A program made the translations under genes and the position numbers. Shown here piece after piece: positions 1 through 8,846 of a DNA stretch of 10,646 nt. The stretch is from Geosiphon pyriformis uo1 (lineage: Eukaryota > Fungi > Glomeromycota). The number at the start of each line of letters is the position of its first letter. Positions within the stretch are counted from its first letter, which is position 1. A model generated the notes under the pieces. It saw nothing but the letters and a program-made list of their open reading frames with translations. It did not search any database and was not told where the DNA came from. The stretch lies in the NCBI GenBank assembly GCA_016748015.1, contig JAAOMT010000791.1, forward strand, positions 20,713 through 31,358. The letters are read 5' to 3'.

Positions 1-1
1 C

Positions 2-2065
2 TTCAAAATTTAAAAATTCTCCTTTCAAATTATCGCGGTATTTAAAGCCTCGATTTTGGAATCGTAAAATGATATATTCCAGATTGTCTTGGTCCTCTAA
101 AGAAAGGCCATGGACATTCAAATCAGGAAAATCATTTTGATAACACAAGTTATTTGCTCCCGCTGCTTTTAAATAGAGTTCAAATGCTTTTTGGATATTT
201 TTTGTGGTTCCCCATCCATTTTGATAACACCATCCAAGGTTATATTGTGCATTTTGATTTCCCGCCTCTGCTGTTTTTAAATAGAATTGAAATGTTTCTT
301 CTAAATTTTTCACTATTTCCCATCCCTTTCGATGATACGTTCCAATACTGGTTTGTGGACTCGGATTTTCCACTTTTTCCAGATCTTCCGTTATTTCTAA
401 TCGATTTTGATTATATGCTCCAAAAGCGAATTGTCCAAGTAAAAGTCACGCCTCTGCTGCTTTTAAATAAAGTTCAAATGCTTTTTCTGAATTTCTCGTC
501 GTCCCTTCTCCATTATCATAACAAACTGCAAGATTGTATTGTCCACCTAAATTTCCCGCCTCTGCTGCTTTTGAATAAAGTTCAAATGCTTTTTCTGAAT
601 CTTTCATCGTTCCTCTTCCTTTTAAATAACAATGTGCAAGATTATTTTGTGCATATACATGTCCCGCCTCTGCAGCTTTTGAATAAAGTTCAAATGCTTT
701 TTCTGAATTTCTCGTCGTCCCTTCTCCATTATCATAACAAACTGCAAGATTGTATTGTGCATTTAAATGTGCCGCCTCTACTGCTTTTGAATAAAGTTCA
801 AATGCTTTTTCTGAATATTTTGTCGTTCCCCTTCCATTATCATAACAACTTGCAAGATTATTTTGTGCATTTAAATGTCCCGCCTCTGCTGCTTTTGAAT
901 AAAATTCAAATGCTTTTTCTGAATTTCTCGTCGTCCCTTCTCCATTTAAATAACAAAGTGCAAGATTGTATTGTCCCCCAAAATCTCCCGCCTCTGCTGC
1001 TTTTGAATAAAGTTCAAATGCTTTTTCTGAATTTCTCGTCGTCCCTTCTCCATTAGCATAACAAACTGCAAGGCTGTTTTGTGCATTTAAATGTCCCGCC
1101 TCTGCAGCTTTTGAGTAAAGTTCAAATGCTTTTTCTGAATTTCTCGTCGTCCCTCTTCCATTTAAATAACAACATACAAGATCATTTTGTGCATTTAAAT
1201 GTCCCGCCTCTGCAGCTTTTGAATAAAGTTCAAATGCTTTTTCTGAATTTCTCGTCGTCCCTTCTCCATTAGCATAACAAACTGCAAGGCTGTTTTGTGC
1301 ATTTAAATGTCCCGCCTCTACAGCTTTTGAGTAAAGTTCAAATGCTTTTACTGAATTTCTCGTCGTTCCTTTTCCATTAGCATAACAAAGTGCAAGATTG
1401 TATTTTGCATCTAAATGTCCCGCCTCTGCTGCTTTTGAATAAAATTCAAATGCTTTTTCTGAATTTCTCGTCGTCCCTTCTCTATTAGTATAAAAAAGTG
1501 CAAGATTGTATTGTGCATCTAAATGTCCCGCCTCTGCTGCTTTTGAATAAAGTTCATATGCTTTTTCTGAATTTTTCGTCGTTCCTCTTGCATTAGCATA
1601 ACAACTTGCAAGATTGAATTGTGCTTTTAAATGTCCCGCCTCTGCAGCTTTTGAATAAAGTTCAAATGCTTTTTCAGAATCTTTTGTCGTTCCCCTTCCA
1701 TTTAAATAACAAACTGCAAGGCTGTTTTGTGCATTTAAATCTCCCGCCTCTGTAGCTTTTAAATACAGTTCATATGCTTTTCCTTGATCTTGAGAAGTAC
1801 CAGTTCCAGTATCATAACAACGTCCCAAGAAGAATTGTCCAAGAGAATCTTTTGCGTTCGCTGCTTTCTGATATTTTAAAAATGCTTTTGTTAAATTAGG
1901 GATAGTTCCAATCCCATGTTCTAAAGAAAAGCCGAGTAAAATATTGTCTATCGAACGCTTTGGATTTTGCTTATTCAAGCAATCGAACAAATTTTCAGGT
2001 GTTTTCTGATTGCGCACAAGATATTTTTTCACTAATTCAGCAACTTTTGAATATTCAGTAGCTGG
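2..2065 (-). CDS. Sel1-like repeat (SLR/TPR superfamily) protein, partial at both ends, with one in-frame TGA at 446-448
   Basis: Fourteen 36-aa repeats of consensus LNAQYNLAVCYxNGxGTTRNSEKAFELYSKAAEAGH precede the TGA. The frame is open upstream of the GTG used by the ORF track, up to the N gap (PATEYSKVAELVKKYL...), so the true start is not visible. After the TGA the same frame reads LLLGQFAFGAYNQNRLEITEDLEKVENPSPQTSIGTYHRKGWEIVKNLEETFQFYLKTAEAGNQNAQYNLGWCYQNGWGTTKNIQKAFELYLKAAGANNLCYQNDFPDLNVHGLSLEDQDNLEYIILRFQNRGFKYRDNLKGEFLNFE with no stop to the window edge. Confidence 0.93.
443..1738 (-). repeat. Intragenic tandem array of 12 near-identical 108-bp units (SLR units 3-14); two more divergent units at 1739-1954
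   Basis: The + strand motif cgcctctgc(t/a)gcttttgaataaagttcaaatgctttttctgaat recurs every 108 bp with minor substitutions and no indels. Confidence 0.97.
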
Positions 2066-2696
2066 ANNNNNNNNNNNNNNNNNNNNTTTACATCTGCCTA
2101 ATTTAACTTTATTTAATTTATTTATTAAACATTATCTGTCGGCTCTGATCTAATCCTTATTATATAAACAATTTGATATTAGAAAATCGAGTAGAGCGAG
2201 AAATCGAAACTTATCATAATAATTAAGGGATAATGGTATTAAGGAGCAATTTAACTGTTTCGTTGAGATATAGGCTAACGGATTCAGTCTTTAAAATAGA
2301 CTTAATAACCTAAATATCAAAAATTCGATCCCATTTTATGGAAATAATTAATTGCCGGTTATTAGAATTGAAGAATAATAATATAGTAAATTAAGGGTCA
2401 CAAGATGAAAATTGATTAATAACAAAATATTAAAAATATTAAGTCATTTCAAAAAATCTAAAATTTTATTGAAAAGATGAACTTTGATTCCTTGAAGATT
2501 TTATAAAATATAAAAATAATAAATTGGAATAACTATAAAATTTATAAAAAGATAACAAGCATTATATTATCTATTATTATAGCTTATAGTTAACTGAGAT
2601 GTGGGCCTATTTACAACTGTCAAAGTTAATAGACAAATATAGACCTGAATGTGCCGCCATTGACAATTTTCCTGGAGGTGCAGAATTTGAACATTG

Positions 2697-2777
2697 CTAA
2701 AATGATAAATTCGATTAATAATGACATTTTTATTTGCCTTTTATCAAATTTCGAAGATATGGAAATTATAAACTTAC
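2697..2777 (-). other. Spliceosomal intron 3 of lipase homologue 1 (81 nt, phase 0)
   Basis: GTAAGT...CATTTAG; joins ANENS to QCSNS. Confidence 0.9.
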
Positions 2778-3065
2778 CGAATTTTCATTAGCAGATCTTA
2801 CACATCTAAAACTCTTTAATTTACCAAATCCAAGAGGTTGAATCCAGTACTCTGAATCAAAATGTTGATATCCTCGATCTATTGGAGGATTATGTGGAAT
2901 AACGTCATTGTTATTAACAACTCGTCGTACATTTAGGTTTTCTGTTACAAGCTGTGCAAAAAGCTTTATCACCAATACGAGGCTGTCCAAATGTGAACAT
3001 GTTAAAAGGTTTTTGTCTAACTTCAGAGTGAAGTTTCAAAGCTAAAGCTGTAAATATTGCATATA

Positions 3066-3182
3066 CTAAATAAGAATCAAATTATACAAAGAAATTAAAA
3101 AAAGTTATTTAAGCTTCTATTATTCAATCAAAGAACATTAAAATAAAAATAGTTTCTCCCTCTTAAAGAAATATTTACATAC
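3066..3182 (-). other. Spliceosomal intron 2 of lipase homologue 1 (117 nt, phase 1)
   Basis: GTATGT...TATTTAG; gives GFDSGG-V-YA. Same position and phase as the intron in the second lipase. Confidence 0.9.
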
Positions 3183-3428
3183 CACCACCCGAATCAAATC
3201 CAGTCATACTTAAAGCAAAGTTTATATTCTTCTTTATATCCTTTGTCATTTTTTCAATCAAATCTTTTTCATTGTTTCGAAAAATCTTAAAAAACCCTTG
3301 ATGAACTCTTGAATTTTGATCATAAGGGTAATTAGTTAGTCCGCTATCACTAATGATATTAGTCACTTGTGTGATACCACGGAAATTGTAAAGTATTTCA
3401 CGATTTTCTTCATCGAATTCTGCTATTA

Positions 3429-3506
3429 CTAAAGAACGAATACTTTAATTAATTAATGTAGTAGTAAAAAGATTTTAAAAATTTGATATTTAATTCCAAT
3501 TAGTAC
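3429..3506 (-). other. Spliceosomal intron 1 of lipase homologue 1 (78 nt, phase 1)
   Basis: GTACTA...TTCTTTAG; removal joins NEIQ to VIAEFDEENREILYNFRG in frame. Confidence 0.8.
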
Positions 3507-4606
3507 CTTGTATTTCATTGGAAGAATATATGATTCGATCGGCTTCCAAAGGTGTATTACAATAAGCACGTTTTGCAGAGTTTCCATATAATTCGATTGT
3601 CTTATCAACACCATCCAAAATTTCTTATTTACCTCCTTGATTTGAGTTACTAGCAAATAGTGTTCCATCATTTTCAATATTTTGACTTTCAAGGAAAATT
3701 TATATTTCTTTTACAATAATCAAATCGGTCATTAAAAACTAGAAACACATCAAGGTGAATAATCCGGCGTGAGACCAAACAACTTAAATGTAAATTGTTT
3801 AGTTATTTTTTATTCGTCACACGGTCATAAATTGGCAAGAAAATCAATGCCTATTTAGCCAAAAATAGATTTCAGATTGGTCGTTCGCTGACTAAAAAGG
3901 TAATTATTCAAACATGTGGATTTTGATATTTTTTCCTTAAAGCAAGGCCTGTCAAAAATACGTAAACGGGTGAGGAGAGATGAATAAGAAATAAGAAACA
4001 TGATGATAAATTTTTTTGATTTCTTAAGTGTAATCTAAGAAACAAAGTTTAAGTTTACCACCTTCCGAAGGATTTATTTTTGAATCAAAATAATAATTTT
4101 ATTCCGCAAATGATTCATTATAATAAGTTTACAAATTGGCGGATCTGAAATTTCTCATCTTTGGATGCTAGAACTGCTAAAATTAAGAAAATAAAGCCAT
4201 GGATATTGAAAAATAAGACATTTTTCCAAAATTAAACTATAAAGCTTCAAACAAGTTTTTATTTTGGCAAATTATTTCAGTATTATTAATGGTCGTAATG
4301 CAAAAATTTACCCTTTTATTTTATCAACCTTTGCATATTTGTAGGAATCTAATATCAGTTATTCCTGTTTTAGGCTGAATAAAAAATTGGAAATTTAAAG
4401 ATTTAAATTTATTAAAGTTCAAAGAGTTTCCAATCTTTTAAAAACTAGAGTTTAAACTTTTAAACTCCCACACTTTTTTTCAAAATTAGAATTTTTATAA
4501 AAAAAATGATTGGCAAATTCTGTAACCTTAAATTTGTCGGAGATCAAGAACCGGATTCTAAAAAAAAACGGCATTCATCCTGCTACATAATTTATACTTT
4601 AATACT

Positions 4607-5321
4607 TTTATTGTAGAAAAAATACCTTTTAATATATAATATTATTTAAAAAATCTTTGTTACAGAGAAATTTAATTGGAAACTGTTTCTGAAACAACAT
4701 AAGAAAATATCAAGAATTTAAATACAAAGAACGTTATTCCTTTGAAAAATTTAATTAATTAGTTTAAAAGTTGCATCGACTAGAATTCCCTTTTTTTCAT
4801 CAAATGATTGAGAATTAGCGGATGAAAGAGATTTTATTATGAATTTTTGAATTTATTATATCTAAATTGTGGTTACAATATTATACTTCAAATATTAGGA
4901 AAATTGTTTTTTCCATACAATTTTAGTGTCAAGATTGCAAAAAAATTAAATAGGGTGACGGAAAATATTTTTTAAAAATCTTATCGATTTTATTAGAGTT
5001 TAATCCGTTAATCAAATTTGCTTTACTGATTGCTAATTGAATTTGTACAGAAATATTTCCTGGTCTTGTTAATTTTTTAATTCCTTTGGTGATGCATTCA
5101 ACCTGTAATTTTTAATTTTCAATATATTAATTGAATTGATGGGTTTCAGGTTTCAGCAATTGGAAATTCTTTTTTTTTTTCAAACCATTTGAAAGTTTTT
5201 TGTTCAGATATAATTCATTCATACTTTTCAAAATAGTTTTTATCAATTTCAATCGACAAAGTTTATTACTTGACATGTAACTACTTTTGTTATTATGAAG
5301 CTTTACTAAGATTTTTCCTAT
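4607..5321 (+). repeat. Dispersed direct repeat, copy 1 (~715 bp)
   Basis: Near-identical to 8847-9526 from tttattgtagaaaaaatacc to ctaagatttttcctat. Confidence 0.95.
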
Positions 5322-5740
5322 TAACCGGATACCACATTAGCAGTAAATTTTAAAATCAGTAATACATAATTTCTTAGCACATTAAAAAAGTTCACTATTA
5401 AAAAGATATTTGGATCTTTACAGATTCTGTCAATATAGAAAAAATTAATTATTCTAATTCCGATTTCACGATGAATTTCATTAATTTATTTGGAAGAGGA
5501 TAGAACCTAATAGAATTCTTGGATAAACAAAACATCTATTTAGTTCTTTCAAAGGATTATACTTTAATATAATCTTAAAGAGTCAAACTCGAACAAAGTA
5601 AGTCCTCTAAACCGGAAAATTCTGTTGGAATAGAAAAAATTTATACTCGATTCTGTAAAAAAAATTTGAAAGGTTAGGACCGTGTTCTTCTTTACAAGTT
5701 TTTCCCATTATGATAGAGAAATATGGACCAGTAAAAAATT

Positions 5741-6093
5741 TAAAAATGAAAATTCTCCAAATTTAAAAAAAAAATTATCAAGAAGCTAACCATTAAACCC
5801 ATAGATTTGCTTTATTTGTACAATAAAAATTATCAATGCAGAATTTCAAATTGGAATCACAAGTCAAGAAGTCACAAAATGGTAACATGTGTTTAAAAAT
5901 ATTTTATCAGAATGTCTTACGTATTATTATAATAAATTTTTCAATGGACATTCAGTCAAAATAAAAGGTTAAAGATGAACATAGAGAACAGCTCTCCAAT
6001 ATTATTGAGCATGCTCACAATAAATAAATAAAAATGTTATTTCCTTTAGTCGTAATAGCATTGGTGTCAAAAAAATAGAATAGGTGAAAACTT
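5741..6093 (+). pseudogene. Decayed coding relic of an unnamed multicopy family, truncated by the N gap
   Basis: Allowing frameshifts it reads ENSPNLKKIIKKLTIKPIDLLYLYNKIINAEFQIGITSQEVTKW*HVFKNILSECLTYYYNKFFNGHSVKIK...EQL...SIGVKKIE*VKT. Colinear DNA similarity to the reverse complement of 6955-7228. Confidence 0.55.
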
Positions 6094-6370
6094 NNNNNNN
6101 NNNNNNNNNNNNNNNNNNNNNNNNNNNNNNNNNNNNNNNNNNNNNNNNNNNNNNNNNNNNNNNNNNNNNNNNNNNNNNNNNNNNNNNNNNNNNNNNNNNN
6201 NNNNNNNNNNNNNNNNNNNNNNNNNNNNNNNNNNNNNNNNNNNNNNNNNNNNNNNNNNNNNNNNNNNNNNNNNNNNNNNNNNNNNNNNNNNNNNNNNNNN
6301 NNNNNNNNNNNNNNNNNNNNNNNNNNNNNNNNNNNNNNNNNNNNNNNNNNNNNNNNNNNNNNNNNNNNNN
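6094..6370. other. Assembly gap (others at 2067-2086 and 8797-8846)
   Basis: Runs of N. Confidence 1.
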
Positions 6371-6904
6371 TGGCGATATCCAATGACACTGTAGTGGATG
6401 ATGTCCATTTGAGCGTTAAGACAACAAATAAAAGTATTTGGTTTTAATTATGGTTCATATAGGATTAAGGCCCTCGGCTCACATAGTTCGAGCGCAATAG
6501 ATGCACACTTTTTAATAGCACCTAAATATAAAATTGAAATTCTTTTATTAAGCTTTTTAAACAATGAAAATTATTAAGAGTATGTTGTTGTTTTTTTCAA
6601 GTATTCTAACTTTTGCTAAATAACAAAATAACTTTAGGATTATAAATTTTATTGTTTACACATATTTAATTAATTATCGAAAGTTTTTTTGCTATTATCT
6701 GTATTTAAACAATATAACAAACTAGAATAGATGGCATGTTTTTTAAAACACAAATGAAATTGCCAATCTCAATTGTTAAAAAGAACATATATTTTACATC
6801 AAGCCACACTTTTTTTTTTAATCTGATAATATTTTCAATGCTTTTTTTTGGTAGTTTCCATGTTCATTTATTTTGTTATATGAAAAACTGTATAACAATC
6901 AATT

Positions 6905-7370
6905 TACATGTTTGATTTTCTTTACGTTAAACTTCGAAATAGAATTTTTGGAAAAAGTTTTAACCTATTCTATTCTTTCCACTACCAATACTAAAATAGA
7001 ATTATTATTTTTTTATTGGGAGCTGTTCATTTGAATTGAAAAATTTTATTAAAATAATACTTGGAACATTCTGGTAAACCTATTTTAAACACAAAATAGC
7101 ATTTTAAATTGTGATTTCATTACAAATTTCTACATTGTTAATTTGACATAGAAATAAAGCAAATATATTGGGTGAGTGATTAACTCCTTGATAAGTCTTT
7201 TCAACTTTGGAGAATCGTAATTTTTATCTGTTCTTATATTTTGATCAACCGAGATAGTTTCAATTGTATGCTTTTATTGCGAGGCATTGGTAATTTCAAG
7301 TGGCTCCAAATCCTCGTTTTCTCTCTTAATCTTTTTGTGGAGCTGAAAATTTGATCCGAGATTACTTATC
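6905..7370 (-). pseudogene. Decayed coding relic, inverted paralogue of 5741-6093; may extend to ~7880
   Basis: Broken frame ...DKNYDSPKLKRLIKELITHPIYLLY...NVEICNEIT...EQLP...VERIE*VKTFSKNSISKFNVKKIKHV. Shared ordered anchors: attctccaaa, ttatcaag, atttgctttattt, aatcacaa, tgtgtttaaaa, cagaatgt, gtattatt, gaacagctc, aatagaataggt. Confidence 0.55.
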
Positions 7371-8846
7371 TATTCTCTTGGTTATTGATGAAATATCTCT
7401 TAACTGAGAGTCTTGTCTAAAAAAATTTCTAATAAAATTAAAATTTTGATACCTTTTGATGTAAATTATATAAAACACATGGCCATACTGCAGATCTATG
7501 AATGCCCTAAGAGGATATGGAAAATTTTTATTATTATAAACTTATCTTTTTAGAGATATCTTTAAACACAAGCAATCATCTCCAGAATCAACATGTGAAG
7601 AGAAATCTTCCTTATTCACTGTGATAAAATATAATTTGATGATTTCGGAATTACTTTTGAGTAAACATTTCTCATCACTTCTATCCTAATTCTTTATCAG
7701 GTTTTGATAGGATTGATCTGTAATCTTAGCTTCATGATAATGCACAATAGATTCGAGATTTGCTCAAAATATTTAAGTAATATTCGAAAATCATTGAGCT
7801 CTTGTTCTGGTTTTAAGATGTTTAAAAGTTTTGTGAAAATTATTAATTCACTCAAAAAGAGGTTTTTAGTTTTAGTTAAGTTATAAAATTAATACTTGAT
7901 TTTTGATGTAATAAAAAAAATATATTTGCAAAATAATTTTTCCAGTTAAAAATCTTTTAACAATAAATTTCATGTTGTGAAAAATATGATCCAATGTTAT
8001 GCTTGCTATCTGTAAATTCTTATTAAATTATTTTCAATCTATACAATTCAAATTTATAAAAAACTTTTTTTTAAAGTTTCATTTTAAAATTAGCTCGTAG
8101 ATTTTCAATATAATTTCAGTTTTAATCAAAATAAAATAAGATTTTTAAAGCACAGTAATTTCATAAGTTTTTAATTAAAAACGTGAAATTTTGATTTTTC
8201 TATTTTTTAACATCTTTTAAAGAAGATGAAAAATGTTTTTGAGTCATAACAAATCACGAAATAACGTTTATAACTACCCAAATTGAGATGTTGAACAATT
8301 TTGATCCAAATTTTTTGTTTTTTGAAAAAAAATATTCATCAAAGAACAATTTGAATCAAAGTTTGCTGACCCAAATTTTATAAACCCTTGATATATTTGA
8401 GTTTCATTAACTTTTGTTTCATATCAACTAGTTCCTTTTGTTATTATTTTAATTTTGTCCGTTTATTATTCCAAGTGAGGCTTGCAGAGATCAATTTATT
8501 CTACAACTAGCACAATCAGGTGAAAATCTTTTTATTTAAAAATTATGGGCTCATCTATTCATATTTCAGTACTTGTATATTAGTAGACCTTGGCAAATAT
8601 TAATTATAAGAATTAATATATCAAATTTTTGTCTTTAAATAAATTTTACTGATTGTTTCATTAGAGCCAAAATGTTTTATATTCTATAAAATAATACCAA
8701 ATACTTAAACTTTATACTGAATTTTAAATCGTTATACCTCAAAAATACATATAAAGGCAAAGATTAACTTTTATAAGTAGATTTTATTTAATATACNNNN
8801 NNNNNNNNNNNNNNNNNNNNNNNNNNNNNNNNNNNNNNNNNNNNNN

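Larger units (their letters stand above)
2607..3732 (-). pseudogene. Class-3 lipase (Lipase_3, alpha/beta hydrolase) homologue, 4 exons, probable pseudogene
   Basis: Exons ~3732-3507, 3428-3183, 3065-2778 and 2696-2607, separated by GT-AG introns of 78, 117 and 81 nt. Spliced motifs in canonical order: ELYGNSAKRAYC, EILYNFRG, VHQGF, TGFDSGGVYA, FTFGQPRIGD, RVVNNNDVIPHNPP, GYQHFDSEYWI, QCSNS, AAHSGLYLSINFDSCK*. Lesions: in-frame TAA at 3700-3702 and 3625-3627, and a +1 frameshift in the A5 run at 2958-2962. The 5' end is uncertain. Confidence 0.88.

Noticed and set aside
446-448. UGA=Gly reassignment (genetic code 25)
   Set aside because: Only one TGA among dozens of Gly codons, and the DNA is intron-containing eukaryotic sequence.
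154-1272. Plus-strand ORFs of 300 aa and 63 aa with repeated PPLLLLNKVQMLFLN
   Set aside because: Antisense shadows of the SLR array; a stop-free 108-bp unit propagates an open frame.
443-1738. CRISPR-like or DGR-like appearance (constant and variable segments at fixed period)
   Set aside because: The variable parts are mutually homologous and coding, with a period of 36 codons. There is no cas or RT gene, and variation is not adenine-specific relative to a template.
3453-3692. 79-aa minus-strand ORF MKVKILKMMEHY...
   Set aside because: Off-frame overlap of lipase exon 1 and intron 1; the lipase motif lies in another frame.
3625-3741. TAA/TAG=Gln reassignment (code 6) explaining the lipase stops
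   Set aside because: The ~690-codon SLR frame has many Gln residues and no TAA/TAG. Lipase 1 ends on TAG at the expected place and also has a frameshift.
6015-6408. Three ORFs made mostly of X
   Set aside because: Artefacts of the N gap.
6468-6510. tRNA-like D-arm (ggccctcggctcacatagttcgagcgc)
   Set aside because: A GCTC/GAGC stem exists, but there is no anticodon stem, T-arm or 3' acceptor strand.
8293-8380. Short imperfect repeats gaacaattt(t)ga...ccaaatttt
   Set aside because: Only two degenerate copies; expected by chance in AT-rich DNA.
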